Origin: Thraustochytrium aureum
Taxonomy: Eukaryota
Assembly (NCBI GenBank): GCA_012862495.1
Contig: BLSG01000411.1
Span: 298,411-343,781 of the forward strand
DNA length: 45,371 bases
Reading direction: 5' to 3'
Under the pieces are notes generated by a model. The model had not been told where the DNA came from. It made no database searches and was given only the letters and a program-made list of their open reading frames with translations. Every line of letters starts with the position of its first letter. Position 1 is the stretch's first letter. Made by a program: the position numbers and the translations under genes. Below are positions 10,801 through 18,888 of the stretch, in pieces.

Positions 10801-13800
10801 TGAGGCCTCGGAATCCGTGGCGGCCGCGAGTCGTCAAGACAACTTGCTCGACGGTCACTGTGGAGCGGGACACGTTCCGCTTCGGGCCACGGTCCGGGCT
10901 TGACAAGCTTGGCGGGAAAACGGGAAAGGTGGAGGCCCCGCTGCAGTTTGAAGCCCCCGCAGCATTCCTGGAGCGCCACTCCCAGACAACCAAGCGCAGA
11001 AAGCAAGATCGTGGGTTTCTGCCCCCAAAGGCGCTTGCACTGTTTGGTCGCGTGCCAGGCTCGCGAGTGTACGCCGACATCCCGGTCTACGCTGCTCCGC
11101 TTGGCCACGAGACACATGTTTACTACCAGGGTGACCAGGACACAATTGCGGCCTTTCTTGACGACCGCGAGCTGGGCGTTCCACCGGTTCCCTCGACCCT
11201 CTTTTCGCTCGGGCGGGTGAACCTCGATCCTGATGCTGTCGACGCTCGCACGGGCGGAGGGGAGCTGCAAGTCCGCGAGTGGCGAGCGATGGTCGCTAGG
11301 CTCGAGCTCTTGCCCGGCATCGAAGCGGCCACGGAGGCGGAACAACGCGAGTTTACCAAGTTGTTGCCTGTGGCTTGCGTCCTCGGGGCGCTTCCGCACG
11401 GTGGAGTCGGGCACGAAGTGCTGGGCTTGGAAGCTGACGCGGAGCACTGGTTCAGCGTGCGGCGCAAGCTAGTTCGCCCCAGATTGGAGGCTGCTCCGCG
11501 CGTCGCAGAGCCGCCTCCTTGGCATAGCCAAGCGCCTCCGGTGGGGATCCCGTGCAACCCCCGCGGGGAAAGCGCCGCTGTGCTGGCGAAGGTTGAAGCA
11601 GGGCAGCCAGATACTGGAGTCCAATGGACGCCGTCGGGGCTCATCCTGGACGACGCGCTCCCCTTTGCTGTCCGTAAGCCCAAGCGGGTGCAGGACGCGA
11701 TCGATCAGCACACGGCCGGAAAAGACCACCCGGTTGCGAAGCGCGAGCCCGCGATCTGCACCACAGCGTTCAAAGGCAGGCGCGCATTCCTCGATGTAAG
11801 TGAGACGTCCAAGGCCTGCGTGAACTACGACTGGGACCTGTGCTGTGGGAAACCAGCATTTTGCGACTTTCTTGCGGCGTTTGACGAAGAGGAGGTCGCA
11901 AAGACGCGCCAGTTCGCAGTGAACGCGGCGCCGATGATTGTGAGCGTGTATCGCTTTTACTGCGCGCTCACGCCGCAGAACCCGTTCGCAATGCTGCCCA
12001 AGTCATTTCTGCGACTGCTCTCCGATGTGGGCTTGCTCGCGACGGGGGACCGCACGTTTAAGGAGAGCTGCACGAATCTTTTCATCAAGATATCCTCGTC
12101 TGCGCCTCCAGCCGAGTCGCTTACTCCGGCGATGAAGGCGTTGAACGAGCAGTGCGATCCGCTTGGGATCAAAAAAGGGCGGCGGCTGATGCGGCACGAG
12201 TTTTTGGAGATTCTTGTGCGTGTTGCGTATCAAAAGTATGCTCGATCGAGCGGCTCCCTTTCTGACTCGTTTGAGGCGATGCTCAAGCTGAACTTTGTGC
12301 GCAACCTGGGCCCGGAGATAGTGTTGGATTTTGACAGTTGGCGGGTGCGCCGGTTGTACAACGGCAAGGTGTCCGGCATGTTTACGGAGCACCAGGACAT
12401 GTTGCGAACCTGGTTTCTGGAGCTCTCCGGGACGACCAGGCGTGCAACTCGCTGGGGCGGCGCCGAGAAGAAGCGCATGACGATTCAGGAATGGAACGTG
12501 GGCTTGAGGCGCCTCGGGTTGTTCACGGCCAACTTTACTGTGCGAGAGAGCACGTTTGCGTTCGCTCTGTCGACAACGAACGTGGTGGATTGGGTCAAGG
12601 ACTGGCAGTCCGTGATCGCGTTGTCGTACCCGGACTTTTTGGAAGCTCTGGGCCGCGTAACAGAGCTTGTGGCAATCCCCACGCAAGAGCAGCTGGAGTT
12701 TTTTGGTGTCGAGAACATTATCCAATTCTATACGCTAATGGAGCGTACAAACCTGTGGTCTGCGCTGGACAACACAACGACAGACTCGGAGACGCGGCTT
12801 ATGTTGTGGATGTCAGCGGAGGAGCAACGACAGCACGAGCGGTTCCGCAGGCGGCAGTTGCGGCGCTCTGAACAAGGCGTCCTGACCGAACCAGTAAAGT
12901 CGGTCTGCGAGGATCAGGGCCCTGGGGCCGTTTCCTCGCCGGAGGCGCATTCGGCAGATGGCCGCGCATCAAGGGGCTCCCAAGAGACCGCAGCAGATGG
13001 CGGCCCCGAGAGTGAGGCTGGCTGTGACCCGAGCGCTCCCAGCAGCTCGAGCATGGTTGCCGATGTCGCTCTTTCGCACGACCTGGACGTCGACGAGGAC
13101 GCCGAGCTTGGCAAAGTGGACGACAGGCCCCTGTCAGAAAAGCTGGGGCAGTTTCTCAAGCTTTTGAGCGCGCGACAGGGCATTGACGAGTTGCGGGAGG
13201 CCGAGATTGCGTTTTGGAAGAACCGAAAGAGTCTGGAGATGCGCAAGCGTTTGAGCGACAACAACGGCTCAGCTCCGTCCACCCCGCGTTCGCCGCGGCG
13301 CGCGGCCGTGTCTGACTTTGAGGATGGTGACTTTGAGTTTGCAGATTTCGAGGACCTCGAGGAGGAGATCAACGTGGTCTCCAACGACCTCGAGACGTTT
13401 GAGATCTCCACGGCGACCCAACTGCACGAGATGTGGCGAGGAAACCGGACGCGGATGCCAGACGGCAGGTTCGAGCCGCGCATCAAAGTTATTGGCGGCA
13501 AGGAGTACGACATTGCGAATTTGGTGTTCAAGGACTTGCCCGACTACTTTAAGTTGGAGAACTTGCTGGCAGCGCACTGCGCGTGCGAGTCGATCCGGCG
13601 CTGCTGGGCAGAAACCGACGGGATCGACGAAACCGACCGCAAGTCGCGGTTCAAGTCTACGCTGCGCACACGCGAATTCCTTGAGCAAGCGAGCGAGGAG
13701 CAGCACATTTACTGGGTCAAGCGCAATCACATGCACGACTGGGTCACGGAGGAGCAGCGTGGGCCGTACGCCGAGCTCTCAGAGCCCGAGAAGCAAAAGG

Positions 13801-13853
13801 ACCGCGACATTGTGCTAGCAGCGGTGGATGTCTACCTGAGGCACAATTTTTGA
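4827..13853 (+). CDS. 3008-aa protein: ARM-like helical repeats, low-complexity linker, EF-hand-like helical region, C-terminal RyR-repeat domain
   Basis: 9-kb uninterrupted ORF. ARM-like segments: ALQQNACGALQALAG; RCALLALLKCAES...NAKNRTRIYQAEL. EF-like motifs: LMRHEFLEILVRVAYQKY and LSYPDFLEALGRV, typical of proteins of flagellated protists. RyR-like motifs: LHEMWR and HIYWVKRN...PYAELSEPEKQKDR. The true start may lie upstream. Confidence 0.85.
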   Translation: MEARNGNPTPAPISAGPAANVVLVDEDAGFNRVVAYREDLTRHGTRIPRFSHISSFLHFIESLTAGSADAVAADDVELLVELSELRGLIDPNGTASAARGFQVRGARRDHTKYFVFVGLSQFAHAIAPVLVELSDKTFYPLLLDEAFSKVLTAWIRASPLRITRKRAAAVQQISRFLSGQSETAPSWAAPASPQHASAPYADDTKSQQVRGMHELWELALERENHEALPDGLLRHLLAMLERAERNSALQQNACGALQALAGSSQIMKRRVGDMDGARCSLECLRLGIGNLLQTPAPQAALHLLHTIAHYSSESPTRALVLSEVQFFTACVQPVAAIELVEAVLRVFLGALKSTVLAVSGATSCPLVEEADRWRSFAPPAVAPASRSTLKRSSLTTHCIVVDRTQVPHGALADFFKDIAAHMSRPSHSFAAKLNGALLFANLAAAAEEQRAECCRATCLGKLHSSGQGAARHRANGADSTGALRCEPDRAPRLHPLREVILSTHAVPTHVAELARWALAFVATSLRNRPAPSPVPDALANALEHLLSKGPEEGLGRRRSFSQLLATENDAALSREPAGAAARTERAAPATRGTQTAGYLRLAPDLAETLSSQLMDCGAWQVLGPPQQIAAQTPSALVLHLLFHLSSCLCEWAASFREQCTVNANVFVRYRGASQQGPSIGTCVTDRETEDVFCALAYTAGLVQKRALDNYVKLDPNHARSTGRDQMLALLSDIELACVEGLSNLLAVPQCADRLVRRFGLAPTPSRTRAGNRHPRPRSHQQSRSRSIPTAPESLAFRCDTAIPNRRPAAELKRLTICMNIPPRAKTTDDLVLKRSAAGTPYERAQEPGHSASASWTGLPLMVALNIHDCRSAHCDEAVATSILHLLTAGTTGFVFVDETLGLSGLLAHFSHRSPRYTRSRACREALARAVALIAYGPVGLNTHADVVKRQAPLTGTHVEDPARRARPNMQAMATPKPQPAKVICDLFQAFQTTATAAYDSLILSSRGQILCEPALLESEAPTLASLSMALWCVARDRGNCAILVAKTPLCQVYSRVVLQSLRVVQALRREAEAATSARTTSRQVILGPGPVRPGVRARSTRLGSTFFGPATGFGVGATAAAGTLNLGWFRTRAPAIPAKQRARMEGQQFDVLESLLSTMWLVVAQRRSRERLFEQVLFCRVLSRTFRIVQVVRAHISGTGPVPQDDNLGAAPAPEDASSLVQAQKQRLVLLALNLVWSAIDASDAVFLGLLRPPNKWMLQLLHSCCYDNALDSPARRRSSVLLSYIARKADKVLQRTKAAEHRRMVAKMDMSLREALGEDALLCMSLDLLDEDDDNLRSVASLLLARTELTPAQHAVVRDRGRIPRLLDLSTDGTDYERRCALLALLKCAESGQTQELIARHGLYRLLTSAWVTAESPSRKTLQDLTSTLLTRIAKNAKNRTRIYQAELRAKEIAGWFDISQEDEMESEAKAAAALEGATSLLEQRQEHQEGEASASASAAREARQVRSREQDGSESALAPELDGSPHRQRKRASETTQSAIAKAAREVAASTAAGNEIPGGLPSEVVRAAYLEWARQLEQELSAAESAGERSDSMTQKADDDGRNESSARTDMALAKDDLKKATHLMESMTGVPGGGEANVVVPSRAPTKQFGNVLAPNESPLWKFRGQILPRQRRLGGFGAGDSGGEARRGSVRSASNGEEQVQVLHELQKMHRAVEIDHGSSAELAAELRGRGPSARGIVPNGSEHNRGPGRQQIVVIQPINQDEDRISEPETPTDFRDGGGEEWLDAFPEEDGEEELESIMTELDGRGGADAEGFSPRSAQRRASPQAQTVARVCDAAEQKTAELREARAKALAKTFKTGSRALGGALRAQPPSTGSGAPTASSPRARLALTDRSATGVGALCGSGTQTLAGGKRPGPSDGGGLAQAETAVALKPGVAEKPSLAMVGDGGDQRHSRFSPFSQTQTKQANSAFGQRMRLPAKSLWEGHVRPRNPWRPRVVKTTCSTVTVERDTFRFGPRSGLDKLGGKTGKVEAPLQFEAPAAFLERHSQTTKRRKQDRGFLPPKALALFGRVPGSRVYADIPVYAAPLGHETHVYYQGDQDTIAAFLDDRELGVPPVPSTLFSLGRVNLDPDAVDARTGGGELQVREWRAMVARLELLPGIEAATEAEQREFTKLLPVACVLGALPHGGVGHEVLGLEADAEHWFSVRRKLVRPRLEAAPRVAEPPPWHSQAPPVGIPCNPRGESAAVLAKVEAGQPDTGVQWTPSGLILDDALPFAVRKPKRVQDAIDQHTAGKDHPVAKREPAICTTAFKGRRAFLDVSETSKACVNYDWDLCCGKPAFCDFLAAFDEEEVAKTRQFAVNAAPMIVSVYRFYCALTPQNPFAMLPKSFLRLLSDVGLLATGDRTFKESCTNLFIKISSSAPPAESLTPAMKALNEQCDPLGIKKGRRLMRHEFLEILVRVAYQKYARSSGSLSDSFEAMLKLNFVRNLGPEIVLDFDSWRVRRLYNGKVSGMFTEHQDMLRTWFLELSGTTRRATRWGGAEKKRMTIQEWNVGLRRLGLFTANFTVRESTFAFALSTTNVVDWVKDWQSVIALSYPDFLEALGRVTELVAIPTQEQLEFFGVENIIQFYTLMERTNLWSALDNTTTDSETRLMLWMSAEEQRQHERFRRRQLRRSEQGVLTEPVKSVCEDQGPGAVSSPEAHSADGRASRGSQETAADGGPESEAGCDPSAPSSSSMVADVALSHDLDVDEDAELGKVDDRPLSEKLGQFLKLLSARQGIDELREAEIAFWKNRKSLEMRKRLSDNNGSAPSTPRSPRRAAVSDFEDGDFEFADFEDLEEEINVVSNDLETFEISTATQLHEMWRGNRTRMPDGRFEPRIKVIGGKEYDIANLVFKDLPDYFKLENLLAAHCACESIRRCWAETDGIDETDRKSRFKSTLRTREFLEQASEEQHIYWVKRNHMHDWVTEEQRGPYAELSEPEKQKDRDIVLAAVDVYLRHNF

Positions 13854-14015
13854 CGGAAGCAGTTTTCAGCTTGGGCTTGCCGTTCCCAACTGGTAGAAGC
13901 TTGACGGGCCGCTGCAACTCGCTGCCCGATATTTTGACGTAAGCAGTTTTCAGCTTGGGCTTGCCGTCCCCTACTGGTAGACGCTTGACGGGCCGCTACA
14001 ACTCGCTGTCCGACA
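13848..14015. repeat. 84-bp tandem duplication (2 slightly diverged copies)
   Basis: Units start ttttgacggaagcagttttcagcttgggcttgccg at 13848 and ttttgacgtaagcagttttcagcttgggcttgccg at 13932, and align to the end with substitutions only. Confidence 0.95.
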
Positions 14016-15654
14016 GGGGTTGATGGGCTTGGCCTTGGCTCGGCCCGCCAGGCTGCTGCGGCGCGAGTTGGCGGTCGCTGCGACTGGTTTCTCCTGGTGT
14101 GTTGGTCGGTCCCACAGCATGGTCCCAGGCGCATCCGGCAACGCTGTCGTCGCGCCGCCCCTTTTTGTGTTTCTTGTGCTTTTTGTGCTTTTTGCTCGCC
14201 TTTGGGGCCACCGCGTCATCAGAGTAGTGCGCGCTTGGAGCAGGCCCTAACTCTGCCTGCTGCTGCGCGAGGCGCGTTGCTTGCGCAAGGGCCTCGACGA
14301 TATCCTGGCGCGATTCCAGCTGGGTCGCGTGCTGCGGCGTTGTGCGAACGTTCGCGCCCTGCCCTCGGCTAGGCAGTAGGCAACCTTGCACGAGTGCGCG
14401 CGTGGAGCGCGCGATGCGGGCGCCTTCGTCGTCCGAGTCCACGTCGGCGAGAAAGGCGTCGAGGGCGCTGCTATCTACTTGTAGCGCAGGGAGCTCGCTC
14501 GCCGGGGCGGCGCCTCGCGCATGCGTGCTTGGCGTCGCGATCGCGAGCTTGAGTTGTCCGCCGCCTGGGGCTCTTGTCTTTTCGCTAGGGTTGGGGCATC
14601 CGCCCCTGCTCGCAAGGCCGAGGCTGCTGGTTCCGGCGTTGTTGAGGTTTTGACTCGGCGCAGAGGTTTGGCTGCCGTCGCAACCGCGCTCCATTCGCGG
14701 TGTGGCTGATGTAGGCGATTGCGCGTGAGCGCCTTGGCCGCCCTGTGTTGCGGCTGCGGCCTCGAACGAGAGCAGGGCTTGGTGCATTCGCGCTTCGCAG
14801 GAGGCAAGTTGGTCGAGCAAGGCCTGGCGCCGGGCGCACAGAAACGGTACGCTAAGATATTCGTAGAGAGCACGGAGGCCCGCAGATGATTTGCAGGAGC
14901 ATGAAAAGTGGTGGGCGGCTCGGCCTGGCGTTGCGCGGCGGAGTTGGTCCACAAGCTCCTCAGCGCGTTGCTGGTCTACGACTGCCTCTGGTTTGTCGTC
15001 GGAGCTTTGGGGATCTGTCTCCCGGTCCGCAAAGTTACGGACCAAGAGCAAGGGTAGTTCAGTCGGGGCGGCTGATGCAAGCCTTTCCGCGTGCAGGAAG
15101 GTTTCTTCACGGTGCGGGTCGTACAGGATCATGCACGCGTGGGCTCCTCTGTACACGTCGACGACGGTCGCGTCGAGCAGCTCGAAGACGTGCGATCCAT
15201 ACCGGCGCGTCCGGCCAGCGAGGATAGCCGCTGTAGGCGGCAGGCCAGCCGGGGCGTCTGGGTCGACCACAGAACTCGGCACATTCTGAGCCAAGGCGCT
15301 GCCTGGCCGGGCGCTTGCCAGCGCCTCGTCCACGACGTCCCAGGCCTCCACCTTGGCGACCTCCTCGTTCGTGCGGTTGCGCCAGTGTACATGCGCAACG
15401 GCAATCTCTGGCGTTGGCGTGTACCTGTCGAAGGACTCGGGCCGCTTGCCTTGGAGCCGCAAGAGAAGGGTACTTTTCCCGGCACGCCGCGCGCCGCGAA
15501 CGACGAGTTTGACGTTTGCGTCGACGCCGCGTCTCAGCCGCGCGTTGAGGCGCGAGTCAATCGTCGAAACCCTTCGCTCGGGTTCCGCGGAGGCCGCGAC
15601 GCCCATTTCGCATCCGCCGCGCGTCGTGCCAGTGCCAATCTGTCGATCTCTCAT
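13996..15654 (-). CDS. RABL6: Rab-like protein 6 (RBEL1/PARF) GTPase
   Basis: LRRGVDANVKLVVRGARRAGKS, YTPTPEIAVAHVHW, VAKVEAWDVVD, LDATVVDVY, LYEYLSVPFL and a Lys-rich tail (KKHKKHKKHKK) match RABL6. First in-frame ATG is 15654; alternative ATG at 15606. Confidence 0.88.
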   Translation of the reverse strand: MRDRQIGTGTTRGGCEMGVAASAEPERRVSTIDSRLNARLRRGVDANVKLVVRGARRAGKSTLLLRLQGKRPESFDRYTPTPEIAVAHVHWRNRTNEEVAKVEAWDVVDEALASARPGSALAQNVPSSVVDPDAPAGLPPTAAILAGRTRRYGSHVFELLDATVVDVYRGAHACMILYDPHREETFLHAERLASAAPTELPLLLVRNFADRETDPQSSDDKPEAVVDQQRAEELVDQLRRATPGRAAHHFSCSCKSSAGLRALYEYLSVPFLCARRQALLDQLASCEARMHQALLSFEAAAATQGGQGAHAQSPTSATPRMERGCDGSQTSAPSQNLNNAGTSSLGLASRGGCPNPSEKTRAPGGGQLKLAIATPSTHARGAAPASELPALQVDSSALDAFLADVDSDDEGARIARSTRALVQGCLLPSRGQGANVRTTPQHATQLESRQDIVEALAQATRLAQQQAELGPAPSAHYSDDAVAPKASKKHKKHKKHKKGRRDDSVAGCAWDHAVGPTNTPGETSRSDRQLAPQQPGGPSQGQAHQPLSDSEL

Positions 15655-16182
15655 CCCACGTGCTCGAGTACCTACGTAGACAGATCCGAGGGCAAGGATG
15701 GGCGGGCGGGCACCTCTGCCGAACTTTTTCGACGAAAACACGTCGCGACGGCGGATCGGGAGTCAACCTGTCAGCCCTTCATGATCCCTCCCTCCCTCCC
15801 TCTCCCCGGATCAGGCTGCGGCGCCGCCGGCGCGTTCTGCGATCGATGAGGCGATGGCGGTCGATCATGATGGTGGTGTTCGCTGCCCGATGCGGGTGGG
15901 TGGAGCGAGGAGGCGAGAGAAGGCAGGAGGCTGGTCCCTGGAGCAAATCAAAATACCCGTGAATGAGAGTACTTTTTACTCATCATGGGGTACTCGTAGC
16001 AGACCACAAATCGCTTTGTTGCAGCGACGCGAGAGCACAGCAGCGGCAGGCAGCGCGGCGTGGCCTGCGAGAGCAGCGAGCGGAGCGGCCCGTGGCTGAC
16101 TGGTTGTCTGCCTCTGTCGGCCTGGCTGCTTGGGCGGTTCTGGCGGTCTGGCTGGTTCTGCGGTTGAGCGGCGCGCGGCACG

Positions 16183-17457
16183 ATGGCTTGCACGGCGTGG
16201 GCGAAGGGCGCTGCGAGAAGAGGCCTGTGGGGCACGGCGCAGAGCGGCGGAGCGCGCAGGTGGGCGTCCACACGGCTAGCTGAGCTCCGGGAGCAGCTGG
16301 AAAAGGACCGCTTGGCGGACGTGGCGAGCAAGGCCGCCAGCGTCGCCGGGACGCAGGACGGGGAGGCTCAGCTGCGCACAGCGAGCGGCGGGCTTCGCAA
16401 CAAGAAGAAGCTGGCCAAGCCGCGGTGGCTGAAAATCAACGCGACGGTAAGTGGGGCGGGCGCCCTGTCGTTGCCGCACTGATGTGGCCAACTCCGCGCC
16501 TCGCGCAGACGCGCTGACAGTGCAAGAGCGCAGAGCGGGGAAAGCCTGAAAAACTATGAGCGGCTACGCGAGACTGTCAAGGGCCTGGGGCTCGCAACGG
16601 TCTGCGAAGAAGCCCGGTGCCCGAATATTGGCGAGTGCTGGGGGGGCGGGAAAGAAGGGACGGCGACGGCGACAATCATGATCATGGGGGACACATGCAC
16701 ACGCGCGTGCAGATTTTGCGCGGTGAAAACGAGTCGCGCACCGGCCCCCTTGGACCCGGAAGAGCCCCGCAAAGTGGCGCAAGCCATCACGGAGTGGGGA
16801 CTCGACTATGTTGTGCTCACGTCGGTCGACAGGGACGAGCTGGAGGACCAAGGCGCCAACCACTTTGCAGAGACGGTACGATACCTGAAGCAGTACTCGG
16901 CGCAGCAGCGCGCTGCCTCTGCGAACAAGTCCAAGGCGATCCTCGTCGAGTGCCTCACGCCAGACTTTCGCGGAGAACGGTCCCTTGTAAAACTTGTCGC
17001 AGAGTCGGGGCTGGACGTTTTTGCGCACAACATCGAGACTGTCGAGCGCCTCACGCCAAGCGTGCGAGACCGGCGCGCTGGGTACAAGCAGACCCTCAAG
17101 GTGCTCGAGTACGCCAAAGAGTTCGTGCCGAGCCTAGTGACCAAGACGTCCGTCATGCTAGGCCTCGGCGAGCGGCCCGAGGAAGTCCGACAGACCATGG
17201 CGGACTGCCGCGCCGCCGGCGTGGACGTGATCACGTTCGGGCAGTACTTACGGCCGACGAAGGGCCACCTTCCGGTTATCGAGTACATCACGCCCGAGGC
17301 GTTTGCCGAGTACGAGCGCGAAGCGCAAGACATGGGGTTCCGATACGTTGCGAGCGGGCCCTTGGTGCGCTCGAGCTACAAGGCCGGAGAGCTCTTCCTG
17401 GACAATATGCTGCGCGCAGAGCAGCCTGGCGCGCCTTCCGCGGCTGCTGCATCATAG
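16183..17457 (+). CDS. LIAS: Mitochondrial lipoyl synthase (radical SAM); join(16183..16446,16534..17457), about 395 aa
   Basis: Transit-peptide-like N-terminus, [21 protein letters not shown] (auxiliary cluster), CTRACRFC (radical SAM), [18 protein letters not shown]. The exons join in phase 0. Confidence 0.97.
16447..16533 (+). other. Spliceosomal intron, 87 nt, in LIAS
   Basis: GTAAGT donor, GCTGAC branch-like motif at 16513-16518, CAG acceptor; removes an in-frame TGA at 16480-16482. Confidence 0.9.
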
Positions 17458-17583
17458 AAATAGGAGTACTCACTAGCTAGCTAGAGAATGGACTGTGCGT
17501 GCATGTCAGCCTGTCCTGCGTCCACCCTTCGCCCAAATCCTTCAGCAGAGCATCCGCAGCTAGACCGAGAGCACTCTGCGAAC

Positions 17584-18237
17584 ATGTTGCGGCTGCCGAG
17601 CGACTCGCGCGTGGACGACGTGGAGCGCGATGGCCCCGTATCAATTGCTTTTGGGTTTGACGCAGCAGCGCCGCCCGGGGAAGCGGGCGGGGAAGCGCGG
17701 AAGAAGCACTTGTTCTTTGGCGACGATCACAAGCAACAGCTCGAGGAGCTCGCGGACAAGTGCTCGCGCCTTGGCGCGGAGGTCGCAGTGCTTGCGAAAT
17801 CGCTGCGCGGTGCGCTCAACGACGCTTGCGAAGCGGTGCACCTGAACATGGACGCGTAAGTGGACGCTTGTGTAGCGAGCGCGAGGCCCCAGCGCTGCGC
17901 TGGCGCATTGACGGGGTTGGTGTGGCGTCGAGCTAGTTTTGCCTTTGCGGACTGGGCTCGCACGAAGGCTCTCGCGAATGGTTGGCAGCACTGACCCCTT
18001 CAACCCGTCTTGCGCGTTCTGCGATTTGCCTCGGGCAGCTATGCGTCCATGTCGAACGAACTCGAGCGCGTCGTTGAAGCTGATGTTGCAGGTGCCGAGG
18101 CGCTTGTGGAGCGCACTCTGGCTCTGAGCCTCGACTTGCAGGTCATTGACAGCGTGAAATCTCGTGTGGGGACATTGGACAAGTGTCTTGGCCAATACGA
18201 ACGGCTTGCAGAAAACCTGTTGAAAAGGAGGAGGTGA
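17584..18237 (+). CDS. BORCS6 (lyspersin)/BLOC1S3-like coiled-coil subunit; join(17584..17855,18039..18237)
   Basis: Spliced product LEELADKCSRLGAEVAVLAKSLRGALNDACEAVHLNMDAYASMSNELERVVEADV...TLDKCLGQYE resembles the BORCS6 C-terminal domain (LE..A......SLRG......M..Y). An in-frame ATG at 17488 lies only 31 nt after the LIAS stop and is less likely. Confidence 0.6.
17856..18038 (+). other. Spliceosomal intron, 183 nt (phase 2)
   Basis: GC|GTAAGT donor, CTGAC at 17991-17995, CAG|C acceptor; joins ORFs 17488 and 18010 in frame. Confidence 0.82.
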
Positions 18238-18574
18238 TGTCACACTGCCGTGGTTCGCGGACGAACACCGCAAGCGCTGAGGGCGCACCCTGCCAAATTG
18301 CCAACTGCTTTTGTCCATTGATTATCACTCTCAGACGGAATTAGTCAGAAGAAATCGAGATCTTGTAGCTGACGGACGCACGTTACGCACCTGAAGGTAC
18401 CAGTCCGCACTGACCGACGGCACTTCTCATTGCCAAGTGTCACAACCAGGCTGTTGCCCGGGAGAAACAGGAAAAACCTACATGGCGCAAAGGTTGCCAG
18501 AGATGCCTGCTTTCAACAAGTTGAATGGGTGGAATCAAGTGGTGAAAGTCATGTCACCCTCCACACGCCCGCTC

Positions 18575-18763
18575 TTGACGAAAGGAAAGATCGATTGGTT
18601 TGGGGCCTGCCTTGCCGCATTGAGCGGCGACAACCAAGGCCAGACTTCCTCTAGCTAGAGCTAGAGAGAACGATAGTCTACTACAAACTGCAGCTGCGCA
18701 GGTGCGCTCATTCCCGCTTGCGCTGACCTGTGCAACGCGCGGATACGTCGCCCTCCTCCAACA
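18575..18763. repeat. Dispersed repeat copy A (diverged homolog of 21773-21946)
   Basis: Shared blocks: ttgacgaaaggaaag, cttgccgca.tgagcggcga.aacc.aggccagactt, ctgcagctgcgcag, ggatacgtcgccc. Copy A carries extra 12-nt and 3-nt insertions. Confidence 0.9.
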
Positions 18764-18888
18764 CCCGCAAAGCCGCAGTGGCTCAAGTTTATGGTGCTTG
18801 GGCCGGCTGCTGCAGCACAAATCATTCGCTTTATATTTATTTCTTGACGCCGGACGGTGTGAGCCGGCCTGTCGGTAGGCACGCCGCC

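Noticed and set aside
4573..14015. 18-bp and 84-bp repeats as CRISPR arrays
   Set aside because: Head-to-tail units without spacers, eukaryotic context, no cas genes.
15967..15995. GAGTAC...GTACTC inverted repeat in the RABL6/LIAS divergent promoter
   Set aside because: A 6-bp stem is expected by chance; no further support.
18437..18658. GETGKT as a Walker A motif in a 73-aa ORF
   Set aside because: Does not fit GxxxxGKT spacing, lacks a preceding hydrophobic strand and a Walker B, and the frame has a stop in repeat copy B.
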